NCBI RefSeq assembly: GCF_006345805.1
Contig: NC_043020.1
Location: 19,530,001 to 19,594,000, forward strand
Direction: 5' to 3'
Source: Octopus sinensis
Lineage: Eukaryota
Length of the DNA: 64,000 bases
Both the position numbers and the translations under genes were made by a program. The stretch's first letter is position 1; the number at the start of each line of letters is the position of its first letter. This document shows, one piece after another, positions 11,621 to 24,725 of this stretch. Below the pieces are notes generated by a model that saw only the letters and a program-made list of their open reading frames with translations, did not search any database and had not been told where the DNA came from.

Positions 11621-11681
11621 CCAAAATCAAAGTTGTGATGGTCGTTGTGCTGCGTGGGGGGAAAGCAGCGGAGACAGCGGA

Positions 11682-11949
11682 GGCGGCGGCGTTGGTGGTG
11701 GTGGTGGTGGTTACGGCGGCGGCGGCGGTGACGGTAGTGGTGGCAGTGGTAGTGGTGGTGGTTGTGGTGGTGGCGGCGGCGGAGGCGGAGGCGGAGCGGG
11801 GCGGCGGAGGCGGCGGAGGCGGCGGAGGCGGCGGAGGAGGCGGGTGGCGGAGGGGGTGGCGGAGGCGGCGGCGGAGGGGCGGCGGCGGAGGCGGCGGAGG
11901 AGGCGGCGGCGGCGGGGCGGCGGAGGCGGAGGCGAGGAGGCGGAGGGGA

Positions 11950-11992
<43 letters not shown>

Positions 11993-12215
11993 GAGGAGGA
12001 GGCGGGGAGGCGGATGCGGCGAGGCGGCGGCGGAGGAGGCGGGGGCGGGGAGGAGGCGGAGCGGCGGCGGCGGAGCGGAGCGGAGGCGGAGGCGGAGGCG
12101 GAAGCGGAGGCGGAGGCGGAGGCGGAGGCGGCGGAGGCGGCGGGGGCGGCGGAGGCGGAGGCGGCGGCGGAGGAGGAGGAGGCGGCGGTGGCGGCGGTGG
12201 TGGTGACGGTGGTGC
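11682..12215. repeat. (GGC/GGA/GGCGGA)n GC-rich microsatellite, about 530 bp
   Basis: Direct inspection. Accounts for the four overlapping poly-G/P/R/A ORFs. Confidence 0.95.
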
Positions 12216-12380
12216 TGTTGCTGGTGCTGTTACATCAGGAATTGGAGTAAGTCCCCACCAACCTAAAAACAAGAACGACACCCACAGTCAGCGGGCTTCC
12301 TCAAAGTCTCCTTCCACCAAATCTTCCTCACAAAGATTTAGTGAGAAAAGACCTTTATAGAAAGTATCACGTAGTAAGAC

Positions 12381-12467
<87 letters not shown>
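12381..12467. repeat. (GATA)n microsatellite followed by (GT)n
   Basis: Direct inspection. Confidence 0.95.
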
Positions 12468-12468
<1 letters not shown>

Positions 12469-12490
12469 CACGTGTGTCATTACATGGCTG

Positions 12491-12538
<48 letters not shown>

Positions 12539-13649
12539 GCGTGTGTGTGTAACTGGCAGTCTGTCGGTTGCGTCGACGAATGTCTCAGTTGATCCGATCA
12601 ACAGAACAGCCTGCTCCTAAAATTGACATGCAAGTGGCTGAGATTCGGCGTGACATATAGTGCAACAATGCTTGCCCTTTGAATTACAGGTGTAATCCAT
12701 TTGGCAAGTGTGGTCTACTACATAGCTTCTGTCTGCCCATTTGTTCTCCTAGTATACAAATCGGCCCAAAATCATGGTAAAGTGACACGAAGTGAGCTCA
12801 AACCCGAGACCAGTAGTTGCGAAGTAAACGTCATCATTCGGCCAAATTGTACATCTCTTGAATAAGTAGCAATTTTACAATGCGATTACATTTAATAGTA
12901 AATTTCTCTCCTGCTTTATTAATGGGAAGGCAAAATAGATTTTGCATCCATATAATTCTGCTCTCCTCGAGTCAATTTCGTATCAGTAATCGCCATTTAT
13001 GGTTTGTCTTCAGAGCAGGTTTTTTCCTTCTTCCAACTTCGTCCCCAATCTTGGAAACTTTTGTTTGCCAACAACGAAGAAACAGAAGAGAAAGTGTCGC
13101 TATAGATGAAATATTTGGTAATGTTCATAAAGTTCAATTAGCGCTTTCATACGTTCGTATTAATCATCAGATTTCAAAATGTATTTAACTGACAGTTGAG
13201 TTCTTGACAACTCTAGTAAAATGACTGACTTCTCCTTTTTATACTTTTTAGAAGGCTTCGACAAGCTGAATTTTTCGAATACGGTTTTGACCAATCAGCA
13301 TGCAACTTAAACGTCACGGTTTGCCGGGCGCACCGATATTACTGGCATAGATCCCGCCTTTATTTTAACCAATCAGCTTGCGGTTTACATGTAATGATTT
13401 TATGAGTGAGCAAACTTAGTTGATTTAAATCGTTTCTATTTCAGTCGGTGGGAGTCTTCTGTAATTTGTTTATATTCATATGTTAAAGAGATTTTTTAAA
13501 TTCACATCATTAACTGGTTGTTATATTATAGTTGTTATTTCCGTTCAGAACAGGTCTGAACATTTTAATTAAATCGCTTTTCGTTTATCTTTCTTCCAAC
13601 CTCACTTGTGTCATGAAGTTTGTGGAAAGGAAAAACTAGAAACCCCCCG

Positions 13650-14130
13650 CCACGTATCCTTATATGCATTTGCCAGCAGTCATTTGCAAATGTTCACACG
13701 TCATTGAGCCTGGTCATTATTTAGTTCATGAGGAGCTTCTCGATAGCATATGTTCACAAGGCCGAGCTCACAGTAGTGCCGATTAGAGGGGCTATGTGAA
13801 GGACTAAGCTCTGACGACAATGTGCGTGTGCTTGGGCTTGGCTATTGTTCAACCATTTCAAGCAAGGCTTCATCTTCCACAATAGAAGCCCCCCTGACCT
13901 TGGTTTGTCTTCGAGGCTGGTATCACCTTTCTTGAAACGTTTCAACTTGTTTTATGCCACACGTTTGTTAACAGTTCCTGGGCCATCCACATCATTAAAA
14001 TTTCTTTTTCCCGTTGCCTTTCCACTCAGCCCTTTTTTTTTTCCACAGGTAGCGTAAAATGGCTCTCATTGCAATTTTTTCTCATCTATCATCAAAGCTG
14101 TAAAATAAGGCATAGACAATTCATGTTTAT
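13650..14130 (-). mobile_element. Mariner transposase N-terminal fragment
   Basis: AMRAILRYLWKKG...KRFKKGDTSLEDKPRSG (HTH-linker motif), with frameshifts. Confidence 0.8.
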
Positions 14131-14239
14131 ATCATATATAAGAAAATAAACAATAAACAATTCAGCTACGATTAGAAGAGTTGTATCACATTAATGATAT
14201 ATAATGGAGATACAATTTGCCAAAAATCATCAGTGAAAA

Positions 14240-14530
14240 TCCGAAAAAACTTTTGATTCAACCTGGTAGCCCATTACATATTTCATCGGCGTCTTTTGTG
14301 GAACCGCTAGTTACGGGACGTAAGCAAACCAACATAGGCGGTGGGTAGGGACAAACACAACACACACACACGCACGCACACACACACATATACTCACGTG
14401 CGACGGACTCCTTCTCAGTTTCCGTCGACCAAATACCCTCACAAGGCATTAGTCGATCGGGGACTATAGTTGCCACACAGTGGGACTGAACCCGAAGCTA
14501 CGTGGCTGCAAAGCAAGCTTCTTAACCACT
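14240..14530 (-). mobile_element. SINE family A (diverged)
   Basis: Reverse complement of the consensus. Confidence 0.75.
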
Positions 14531-14744
14531 CGATGAACTTCCATACAGTTTCCGCCCAACAAATTCATTCACATGGCATTAGTCGGCCCAGAGCTACAGT
14601 AGGAACCGTTATCCAAAGAGTCGCAAAGTGAAATTGAACCCGAAACTTTTTAACCACACAACTATTGCTGCTATGTACTTTTTTTTTTCTTAAACCGGAA
14701 GAAAAGTTAATTCACTTCAAGTATCGAGTTAAACTCCCGGTTAA

Positions 14745-15055
14745 AAGACCCCCTATTCAGTCATGAATGACCATGGGATTGCATCTAGAAAGTTTCCCTC
14801 CAAGGACACAAGTCCGGGTGAGGCTGTTTATGGAAGGCCAGTCTCTCTTCTCCACGCCACTGATGTTATCCAAGGGAAAGGTAAAGGTTTGGCGCCAGTG
14901 ACATCGCAACTGATTTCTACAGCTGAGTGAACTGGAGCAACGTGAAATAAAGTGTTTTGTGCAAGAACACAACACACAGCCCGGACCGGGAATCGAACGC
15001 ACGAATTCATGTTTGTGAGCCTGACGCTCTTACCACTGAGTCATGCGCCTTCACT
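14745..15055 (-). mobile_element. tRNA-derived SINE family C
   Basis: Head GGCGCATGACTCAGTGGTAAGAGCG...GTTCGATTCCCGG. Body shared with 19208-19520. Confidence 0.8.
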
Positions 15056-15099
15056 CCCAGTTATAACCAGTCATAAATATGTAATCCTGTGATGGGGGC

Positions 15100-15760
15100 T
15101 CGTTTGATAGTTCCAGTGTTTTTGAGGTGGGTGGAACCACCTCATGGCCACTATTGTTCCCAGATCTACCTTGACCCAGAGTAACAGCACCTATCGAGGT
15201 CTCAGCTAAGGTTAGTTAGCTATTCAGTCGGGATGATGGAGCTCGTTATCCTGGGGGCAACCCATTTTGGAGTAGGAAAACCTTGGTTTCAAACCTACGC
15301 TGCCCTGCGGTCATACCCACCTATGAGAAATGTTTCGAGAGTAAATAAATCCTGGGAGGAAATAAGATGGCAAAGACCCAGAGGCAGTGAGACGTCACAT
15401 ACAGTTTCGCTCAGACAACTTCTGCAACGATGCCGGCACCAAATTGTAAAGGCACTGTGGTTGCTTTGGATCCGTCAGTGACGTGAAGAAGAGAGACACG
15501 TCGTTGCATGGGCAACAGCCTGTCCTTTATACCAAACCGCCCAGGCATGAGTCCTATCGAGCAGCTGGTGGGAAGACTGATGAATGCAGCGGAAGAAACG
15601 CAGACCCACAGAAAAGAACACACTACTCAAACAACACCGGAACAGCATACGAGTATGGCTGGTATATGAGAGGCTGTCGTTCGTGTGCCAAACTATTCAG
15701 CCACAGACAACCAGAACCTTTATCCGTGGTCATTAATGACAAACGGAAGCCATGGTGATA
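15100..15760 (+). mobile_element. Probable RTE-type LINE 5' UTR fragment
   Basis: GGAGTAGGAAAACCTTGGTTTCAAACC resembles the 5'-UTR motif upstream of the RTE at 28 kb (TAGGAGAATAAAGCTCTGAATTTAAA). Confidence 0.45.
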
Positions 15761-16034
15761 TAAATAAGCGTGAGTGTGTGGGAGGGAGGGTGGAGAGGGA
15801 AAGAGGGGGTAGGGATCACTTCGAGCGAGTATAAATTTTAATTGATTTTAATCAGAATCGTTAAGGTGTCGGATTAAACACGTAGCAGGATTTATTTGTG
15901 ATGCTTTTGGGCTCGGTTGCAAAGATAGCTGGAGTTATCTTAGTCTGAACCGATAAAATAAAGTACCAGTCACGTACCGAGGTCGATTTCCGTTTTATTC
16001 TTATCAAGTAGCTTCAATACGAATCTAATGATAG

Positions 16035-16350
16035 ATAGGCGGGAGCATTACTGTGTGGTAAGAAGCTTACTTCCTAACCGCGTGGTTCGGCGTTCAGTCC
16101 CACTGCGTGGCACTTTGGGCAAGTCTCTTCATCCATTGCCTCGGGACAACAAATGCTTTATGAATGGATTTGTAGAGCGGAATCTAAAAGAAGCCCGTCG
16201 TGGTGGGGTGGGAGGTACGCGTGTGGGCCTGTTGTCCTCTTAATTAGCAGTTCGGCAAAAGAAACCGATAGATTAAATACCAGTTCCTTTTTAAAAAGGT
16301 GCTTCCCCTGTATGATTGCAGTCTAATGGCTGGAACAAATAAAAAAACAC
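16035..16350 (+). mobile_element. SINE family A (diverged)
   Basis: Head, core and partial tail. Confidence 0.75.
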
Positions 16351-16700
16351 AGTATGTCTGTATTTGTGCAACATTTTTACTATTTATTTAATTAATCGCG
16401 CTTGTAAATCTGTGTTAGCTTCAGGCACTGAACTCTTCAGTGGAAAAAAAACCTGTAAGCTGGACGTCTTACTCACGACAAGAGTTGTATTTCAAGACTT
16501 AATTCTGAAGTGAGGGCGGATAAATGTTATAATACGATTCGGATTCAATAGCGATGGAAAAGAGAAAAGAAAAATCTTTTAACGACCGTCTAAGGGAGAC
16601 AACTGTGAATGTAAAGGGACGTAACTTCTTCTTAGTTTTATCAATTAGAGTGAAAACATTTTATAAATTGTTCTCAAATGTCATAGGGAGACCGATAAGC

Positions 16701-16972
16701 CGGTGTTTCTCAACCATTTTTAACCTACAGAAATTTTTCCTTCCTATTTTTTTTCTCTAATCGCCCCTCAGAGTCATTCAATGCTCAAAAAATCATATAT
16801 TTTTATAATTAAATATTTAGGAATAATATGAAAAATTAAAATATTTTGTATATTGTAGAACTATAATCAGTTTTTTGCCCATAAACTTTAGCGACAAAAT
16901 TTTATACGAAATCCCAATACACACACACATACACACACTAGGGGTCATTGGGACCCGGGTTGAGAAACACTT
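16701..16972. mobile_element. hAT-type MITE
   Basis: TIRs CGGTGTTTCTCAACC / GGTTGAGAAACACT. No clear TSD. Confidence 0.6.
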
Positions 16973-17389
16973 CGACGGTAATAGTTTCGGTTCCTCCCGT
17001 TTTAACATCAAATCCCACGAGTCGATATACGAAACTGTGCCATGACCTTATGAGTCTGGTTATGTCTGGTTTGGTGTCAGAAGTTCCTTAAATCCTTAAA
17101 AATGTTTTAGCCCGAAGGCCGCGGCCATGCTGGGGCATTTATTATTTTTTCATCTTTTACTTTTTTCCGTCATTGGACAGCTGCCATTTGCGGACACCGC
17201 CCCGACGAGCTTATTCGACCAACTCGACCCCAGTACTTATTTGTAAGTTCCCTATTTATTTTATTGGATCGCTTTAGCTGACCTGCTAAGTTATGGGGAT
17301 GTAAATAAGCTAACACCAGTTGTCAAATGGTGGGTGAGGACCAAACACAACATAAACACATACATAAATACATACATACATACATACAT

Positions 17390-17625
17390 CAGTGAAAAAG
17401 AAAACCCCTATGCTGAACTATTGAGAAATCTACAGTTATTCTATCTAGATTACAAGTTCATGTTTATACATGTAATTATTGGGGCTCTGGGATATGTGAC
17501 ACACTGCTTAATTACCAATATTGATAAATTAGGCTTGTCAAAACCAGAAAGGAGAAAGCTGAGTCAAAGACTACAAATTCAACCATCACTGGAACTGTAA
17601 AAATCTGTAAAACTTTACCCTTTTA
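17390..17625 (+). mobile_element. RLE-type LINE extreme 3' fragment
   Basis: EKENPYAELLRNLQ...HVIIGALG...LQ.. TGTVKICKT resembles the C-terminus of RLE LINEs (compare PVIVGVLG at 24.3 kb and PVVIGVLG at 45.7 kb). Confidence 0.6.
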
Positions 17626-17899
17626 CTCTTACTTGTTTCAGTCATTTGACTGCGGCCATGCTGGAGCACCACCTTTAGCAAATCAACCCCAGGACTTATT
17701 CTTTGTAAGCCTAGTACTTATTCTATCAGTATCTTTTACCGAACCACTAAGTTACGGGGACGTAAACACACCAGCATCGGTTGTCAAACGATGTTGGGGG
17801 GACAAACACAGACTCACAAACATATACACACACATACATATATATATATTTACAGTCATCTTCTAATATAAAATACCTATACATCATCTCCAAACTTTC

Positions 17900-17958
<59 letters not shown>

Positions 17959-18050
17959 TACGATGGGTTTCTTTTCAGTTTCTGTCTACCAAATCCACTC
18001 ACAAGGCTTTGGTCTGCCCAAGGCTATAGTAGAAGACACTTGCCCAAGGT
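17618..18050 (-). mobile_element. SINE family A with internal insertion
   Basis: Reverse complement of the consensus. Confidence 0.85.
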
Positions 18051-19207
18051 GTTAGAACTCAATATACATATTGAGTTCTTAAAGGTGGTGCTCCAGCATG
18101 GCCACAGTCAAATGACTGAAACAAGCAAAAGAGTAAAAGAGTATATGCCTTAGAATAAAGTGTTAGTGAAATATGGAGTGTAATATGAAATTAAATGATG
18201 GGTTTCTTTTCAGTTTCCCTCAATCAAAAACACTCACAAAGCTTTGGTCAGCCCAGAGCTGTAAGAGGTGTCATGCTGAGGGGCTCAATTCCAGCCCATG
18301 TGGTTGGGAAGCAAGCTTCTTACCACACACGTTTTCTCATCTGAAATGTTTTCATGATCATGTCCTCAAACTGGACAAGATGACCCTTTCATTTGGATAT
18401 TTATAACTAAAATACACTCCCCGATTATTTCTTTCAATTTTAAAACAACTATGATTTATTAACAGAACGTGTGGATATTTTGTTCTTTTCCAATATTCTC
18501 ATTTCTGTTTTGATGCATAAATTTATTATGCTAATGTCATTGACTGCATCTTCATTTTCATTCCATAGTCAAGGCTGTCTAAAGCATAACACTCAAATAC
18601 AAGTGAGGAGCAAAACTATTTGAGGTAAGAAATAAGAAAGAACAATGATGAGCAAAACATTATCCATAAATTCCAAGATCACAAAATTTACATAACAAAA
18701 TTAGACTCAACATGCCATGATTTTTTTCTTACTTTGTTTTGTTTGTTTGTTTTTTTGTACTTTTTGTTTTGGCTTGTTTTTGTTTTTTTTAGGGTTTTTT
18801 ATTGTTTTTTAGGAATAGCATTACCTGGATCTCATTAGCCAATGTGCTCCTTTCTAAGTCAGTAGGATGTGGCTTCAGATTTACCTTTATACCTCTTAAT
18901 TTCAGGCTCTGCTTCCCTATTTTAAAAATAACTTTTCCTGTAACTCGTTAACTGATTTGGTGTTATATGAACTTGGTTGTCAGCATAGCAGAGTTACCCT
19001 GACTAACCGGTCCTAAATTTCTATTTGAAGAACTAAGTCTTGATGGACACCTATCTAAGAGGTAAATTTTTTACTGACCTCATTGCCAATTCTCACCTTA
19101 CTGACAGTAAACCCATAGTTTACACAGCTCTAACTAAACTCTTTCAAGAGAATATCTTACCACAGTCAGTAAAAAGAATAATACAAAACAATAATACATC
19201 TGTAATA

Positions 19208-19520
19208 TAGGTGCATGGCTCAGTGGCTAGAGCATTGAGCTTATAATTGTGAGGTTGTGAGTTTGATTCCCAGATCGGGCTGTGTGTTATGTTCTTGAGC
19301 AAGACACTTTATTTCATGTTGCTCCTGTTCACTCAGCTGTAGAAATAAGTTACAGCATCACTGGTGCCAAGATGTATTGACCTTTGCTTTTCCCTTGGAG
19401 AATATCAGTGGCATGGAAAATGGAGGCTGGTCTTCCATAAACAACCTTGCCCAGACTTGTGTCTTGGAAGAGAACTTTCTAGGTGCAATCCCATGGTCAT
19501 TTGTGACCAAAAGAAGTCTT
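19208..19520 (+). mobile_element. SINE family C
   Basis: Head GGTGCATGGCTCAGTGGCTAGAGC...GTTTGATTCCC. Homologous to 14745-15055. Confidence 0.8.
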
Positions 19521-19524
19521 GAAT

Positions 19525-19709
19525 ATATGGCTGTGTGGAAAGAAGCTTGCTTCCCAAAGATGTGGTCTTCGGTTCAGTCCCACTGTGCACTTCAAAAAGT
19601 GTCTTTCACTGTAGCCCAAGATCAACCAAAGTGGATTTCGTTGATAGAAACTGAAAGAAGCTCATCATATACACATACATGTACCTATGTGTATATATGT
19701 CTTTGTGTG

Positions 19710-19747
<38 letters not shown>

Positions 19748-19910
19748 TGTGAGTGTGTGTGTGTGTTTGTGTGTGTGTGTATGTGTGTGTGTGTATGTGT
19801 GTGTGTGTGTGTGTGTTTGTATTTGTCTCCACCACTGCTTGACAACAGGAGTTGATTTGTTCAACTAATCTCTTCACAGTAGTGCCCCAGCATGGCCATA
19901 GTTCAAAGGC
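19525..19910 (+). mobile_element. SINE family A (diverged, long GT tract)
   Basis: GGCTGTGTGG head, GGTTCAGTCCC and tail remnant. Confidence 0.75.
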
Positions 19911-20334
19911 TCAACCAAGAAAAAGATACCAATTTTTGCACAAACAACTTCTATGATTATTTCAAGAATACGCATGTCTGCACAGGTTTGGCTGTATAGT
20001 TATGTATATATCTGATTCTCAACTATCTGGTCCAGTGTTCAATCCCACTCTGCAGCTTATTGAGCAAGCGCTGACTGTCATAACCACAAGTTGACCAATT
20101 CTTTAGAAGCGGAATTTGATTGACAAAAATAATGCAGGAATCTGTCATGTCGATGTGTCTGAATGTTGGAGTCTTTGTTTTTGAAGCAGTTTGACAAAGA
20201 GCACAATAAAAGAAAAAAAGGGGCTGGGAATAACAGGATTGGCTAAATGGCGACAGGGTGTTCCTCGGCAATGCCACAGGGATTGATGCTAGCAAAAGAA
20301 TGAAAGTATATTGTGTTTGATGTGAGTAATATTG

Positions 20335-20490
20335 ATTTCAAATTTTGGCACAAGGCCAGCAATTTCGGGGATGTGGATATAAGTCGATTACATTGACCCC
20401 AGTGCTCAACTGGCACTTATTTTATCAACCCTGAAAGGATGAAAGGCAAAGTCGACCAAAGCGGAATTTGAACTCAGAACATAAGGACAT
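20335..20490 (-). mobile_element. SINE family B partial
   Basis: Reverse complement of the family B body. Confidence 0.75.
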
Positions 20491-20596
20491 ATCATGGCAC
20501 TGATATTAACAGTTAAAGTACTGTGACACATAACTTTTTTATATGATTTTGTTACAAATAGAGTTCACTCACACCTACTCATCTAAATTTAAATAA

Positions 20597-20825
20597 CTAC
20601 ATTATAGATGTACACTTCACTATTGTAGCCAGTCCATCTAACTGTAAATAGTTACCATATAGATGTATAATTCACTATTGTAGCCAATTTCTCTAAATGA
20701 AAATAGCTACAATATAGATAAGTATAATTCACTATTGGAGCCAGTCCACTTAATAGCCACCATATAGATGTACAGTTTACCTTGTGCCCTGTCTATCTTA
20801 ATGTAAATAGCTGCCATATAGAGTA
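20597..20825. repeat. Degenerate minisatellite, about 50-bp unit, 4-5 copies
   Basis: Recurrent ATATAGATGTA..TTCACTATTGTAGCCA...AAATAGCT.C. Confidence 0.7.
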
Positions 20826-21204
20826 GCTGAAAACCATTGCTGAAGTCTGATATCTGACAGAGAGTGTTGGTGCAAAATATGTCTTTTTCATGTTGATGTA
20901 TCCAAGTTTGGTATATGCATGATCAAATGCTTGGAGGGTGGCTTTTGTCAGGATTTGCTGCAACACAATTGTTAGTTGTTGTTTACACATTGAAAGTCTA
21001 GCAACAAGGTTTTTGGTAATTCAATTCTTAGACAAATTCACTCTGAGCTGATATCTTGTTTCTGATGTATGACTCCTGCAATGAAAACAATGCTGACAGC
21101 AAGATTTTTCCCGGGCTATAAGGTTTTCCTGAAATTTGAGTAAATAACAATTCCAGGGAAACTAATAGAATGAGAAAGAATAAGTGGACACACTTGTCGT
21201 CGTC

Positions 21205-21205
21205 G

Positions 21206-21248
<43 letters not shown>

Positions 21249-21395
21249 TTAATGCTTGTTTGTCATGCTAGTATGGGTTGGATGGTTTGACAGGATCTGG
21301 CAAGCCAGAAGACTGCACCAGGCTTCACTGTGTGTTTTGACATGATTTTTATGGCTGTATGCCCTTCCTAATGCCAACCACTTAACAGAGTGGAC
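21205..21395 (-). mobile_element. 3' tail of the RTE-type LINE family seen at 55.8-58.3 kb, with (CAT)n tail
   Basis: (CAT)n-TTTAATG..CATGCTAGTATGGGTTGGA..AAGCCAGAAG.CTGCACCAGG. Confidence 0.75.
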
Positions 21396-21551
21396 TGGAA
21401 GCTTTGGAATCTTTCTTAGAGGAGACAAGTTAGATAACCTGATAAACAAGTGAAGGAATATTGTTTCTCTTAAGATATACATTAAAATAGGCAGAAGAAA
21501 ATATGGCTCCCAACAGCTAGAAATTTTTTAATATTTTTGATATGTACAAAA

Positions 21552-21722
21552 GGCGCAGGAGTGGCTGTGTGGTAAGTAGCTTGCTAACCAACCACATGGT
21601 TCCGGGTTCAGTCCCACTGTGTGGCATCTTGGGCAAGTGTCTTCTGCTATAGCCCTGGGCCGACCAATGCCTTGTGAGTGGATTTGGTAGACGGAAACTG
21701 AAAGAAGCCTGTCGTATATATG

Positions 21723-21784
<62 letters not shown>

Positions 21785-22000
21785 TGTGTGTGTGTTTGTC
21801 CCCCTAGCATTGCTTGACAACCGATGCTGGTGTGTTTACGTCCCCGTCACTTATCGGTTCGGCAAAAGAGACCGATAGAATAAGTACTGGGCTTACAAAG
21901 AATAAGTCCCGGGGTCGATTTGCTCGACTAAAGGCGGTGCTCCAGCATGGCTGCAGTCAAATGACTGAAACAAGTAAAAGAGAGTAAAGAGTAAAAGAGA
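21552..22000 (+). mobile_element. SINE family A, full length
   Basis: Complete head to tail match to the consensus. Confidence 0.9.
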
Positions 22001-23424
22001 AATATTAAATGTGTATATTTTGTACATTTTCTTTGCTTTGATTTATATTTCAAACTTCCAAACCTGCCCCAACTCAATTTATATAAGATTGTCTCCTCCA
22101 TGGTAGCCAATCACCAGGGGGACACCACATGTTTGAAATTTATTGTTGTTCAAATTCTATGCAAAAATGTTTTTAACCAGATTTTCATCAAGTTTATTTC
22201 AAGATCTACCTTATTTTCATTGCTTCTCAAAGTTCTTTCATTATTGTACCCACATATCATTTTTGATATGCAACATGAAGGGCTTCAATTACATAGAACT
22301 TGCAACATTCCACCTTTCTGGGCTTCCAACTGCTACACCTTAATCTCCTGAAGAACATAGATATTTTTTATTCATTCTGACACTGGGATTGCTAACAACC
22401 ATTTCTAGCCAGGTGGCTTCTTCCCATTTTTAACTATTTCTACTTAGATTTTTTACTCCTTCCAGACAGTGACATTACAAAATAGTGGGGTGAAGGAATA
22501 AAAGATACCTTCAAGCTCAGATATTAAGAAGAACAAGATTTCCTTTATTCTATCATGTTCATAAACTAAGGTGGTACAGCTAAAAATTACTTTCCCCACA
22601 AGTGCTAGGAACTCAGGGGCCTGGACACTTTTCACAAGACTTGCCACTGCTTCTAACAAATGTTTTCTTTACAAGTGATTGAGATGTCACTCAGAACGCA
22701 AAGTCATGTTCTTTTTGTTAACCTGGACAGATTATCATCTCTAAGTCATATACCAGATTCGGTGCCAGTTCATACCATTTATTCTCTCCCTTAAGTGTTT
22801 TGACATATTTCCCAAGTGATATAATATCCTGCCCACCATAATTGGACAATCAGACATTTGGTGATCAATTCTTTGATTATGTCAACTGCGTGACCAGAAG
22901 TTAACATATAACTGTTGTTTAAATATTTTACTCTGGTTGTTATGGTTACTGCTGATGATGATAATGTTTATTATTGTCAACCCTGATCCAGCAAACTTGA
23001 AATCAAAGCAAATATTCCAAACATGACTCACGTCACATAGTGTTATAAAAAAAAGCTACATTATTGAAAGTGGTGTTCCCTTTTATTAAGACAGTGGGAG
23101 GTGTTTTGAAGGAAATTTGGCAACTATTTCTGACAGGTCGAAGCTCTCTTCTTATCAGCTCTTCCTATTATATTTTACTTCAGTATTTTTACATTTCTAA
23201 TTTTTTTTCTTGCATTACTTCAGAGCTTTTGAATTCATATTAGCTTTCATTTTGGCTCACTTCCACTCTATAGATATGGTCATCCTCCCACTGGTGGTGG
23301 GTGGGTAGATATAGTCTATCTCTATATATAGCAGATAGTATCATTATCAGAACACTGTTGATAGTTGTTAAGCTTATCACTTGGATCCTATTTCAGTTAA
23401 CATCTGATATTATATTATTTTATT

Positions 23425-23720
23425 TTCAAATTTTGGCCAAATGCCAGAAATTTCAAGGGAGGGGTAAGTTGATTACATCAACCCCAGTACTCAACTGGTC
23501 CTTATTTGATCAACCCCAAAACGATGAATGGTTAAATCAACCTTGGCAGAACTTGAACTCAGAACTTAAAGATGGATGAAATGCCGCTAAGCATTTTGCC
23601 CAGCATGCTAAGAATTCAACCAGCTCAACACCTTCATATTAAATTATATTGCTTTCAAATTCTGGCACAAGGCCAGCAATTTTGGGGTAGGTGGTAAGTC
23701 GATTACATCGACCCCAGTAC
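23425..23720 (-). mobile_element. SINE family B, two partial copies
   Basis: Reverse complement of the family B body and tail. Confidence 0.7.
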
Positions 23721-23796
23721 TGTAAATAAACACACCAAATTGTCCATTTACAAAGTCATGGGCAATGGGATCATTCTTTAATAATTTTCAGTAGGA

Positions 23797-24235
23797 TTGG
23801 CTGTGTGGTAAGTAGCTTGCTTACGAACCACATTGTTCTGGGTTCAGTCCCACAGCGTGGCACCTTGGGCAAGTGTCTTCTACTATACCCTCGGGCCAAC
23901 CAAAGCCTTGTGAGTGGTTTTGGTAGACGGAAACTGAAAGAAGCCCATCATATATATGTATATGTGTGTGTGTGTGTGTGTGTGTGCATGTGTGTGTGTG
24001 TATGTGTATGTGTGTGTGTGTGTGTGCATGTATATGTTTGTGTGTCTGTGTTTGTCCCACCAACATCACTTGACAACCGATGCTGGTGTGTTTACGTCCC
24101 CGTAACTTAGCAAAAGAGACCAATAGAATAAGTACTAGGCATAAAGAATAAGTCCTAGGATCGATTTGCTTGACTAAAAGGCAGTGCTCCAGCATGGCCT
24201 GTGTCAAATGACTGAAACAAGTAGAAGAGTAAAAG
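23797..24235 (+). mobile_element. SINE family A
   Basis: Head, core, GT tract and tail. Confidence 0.9.
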
Positions 24236-24589
24236 AGTTCCTTTTTTGATCATTCCAAGTACTCCTACAATCACTGGTATTATAACCATCTTGAGATGCC
24301 ACATCTTTTCAATTTCAATTAGCAGATCTTTATATTTTTTGAGTTTATCGAATTCTTTTGCCGAGATATTATGGTCACAAGGTATACTCATGTCAATCGA
24401 TAAATCAACTTTATTGCTTTGGTCTTTCACAACAATATCTGGTGTATTTGCTTTGATGATCCGGTCTTTACATACTGGGAAGTCCCAAAGAATACTTACA
24501 TTTTCTCCCTCAGTTACAGCCTCTGGGTGGTGCTTGTACCATTTGTTAGCAGTTTTGATTTTATAATGCTGACACATTATCCAGTGTAG
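24236..24589 (-). mobile_element. R4/Dong-type LINE fragment (RLE endonuclease region)
   Basis: LHWIMCQHY..KWYKHHPEAV..ILWDFPV..DRIIKANTPDIVVKD..IDMSIP...KKYKDL..PVIVGVLG. 5' end abuts (TAA)n. Confidence 0.85.
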
Positions 24590-24646
<57 letters not shown>

Positions 24647-24725
24647 ATTATTATTATTATCATTATCATTATCATCACCATCATCATCATCATCATTATT
24701 ATTAGTATCATTGTTGTTGTTGTTA
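24590..24725. repeat. (ATT/ATC)n microsatellite
   Basis: Direct inspection. Confidence 0.95.

Noticed and set aside
11265-12360. Four long overlapping ORFs (up to 313 aa)
   Set aside because: They arise from the GGC microsatellite and the antisense strand of an RTE relic.
18835-19200. Possible minus-strand exon ending CCAG/GTAATG
   Set aside because: Only a 38-codon open stretch, weak acceptor and no recognisable protein.
20781-21128. Minus-strand segment bounded by good-looking AG and GT splice signals
   Set aside because: Stops in all three frames and no recognisable homology. At most a non-coding exon.
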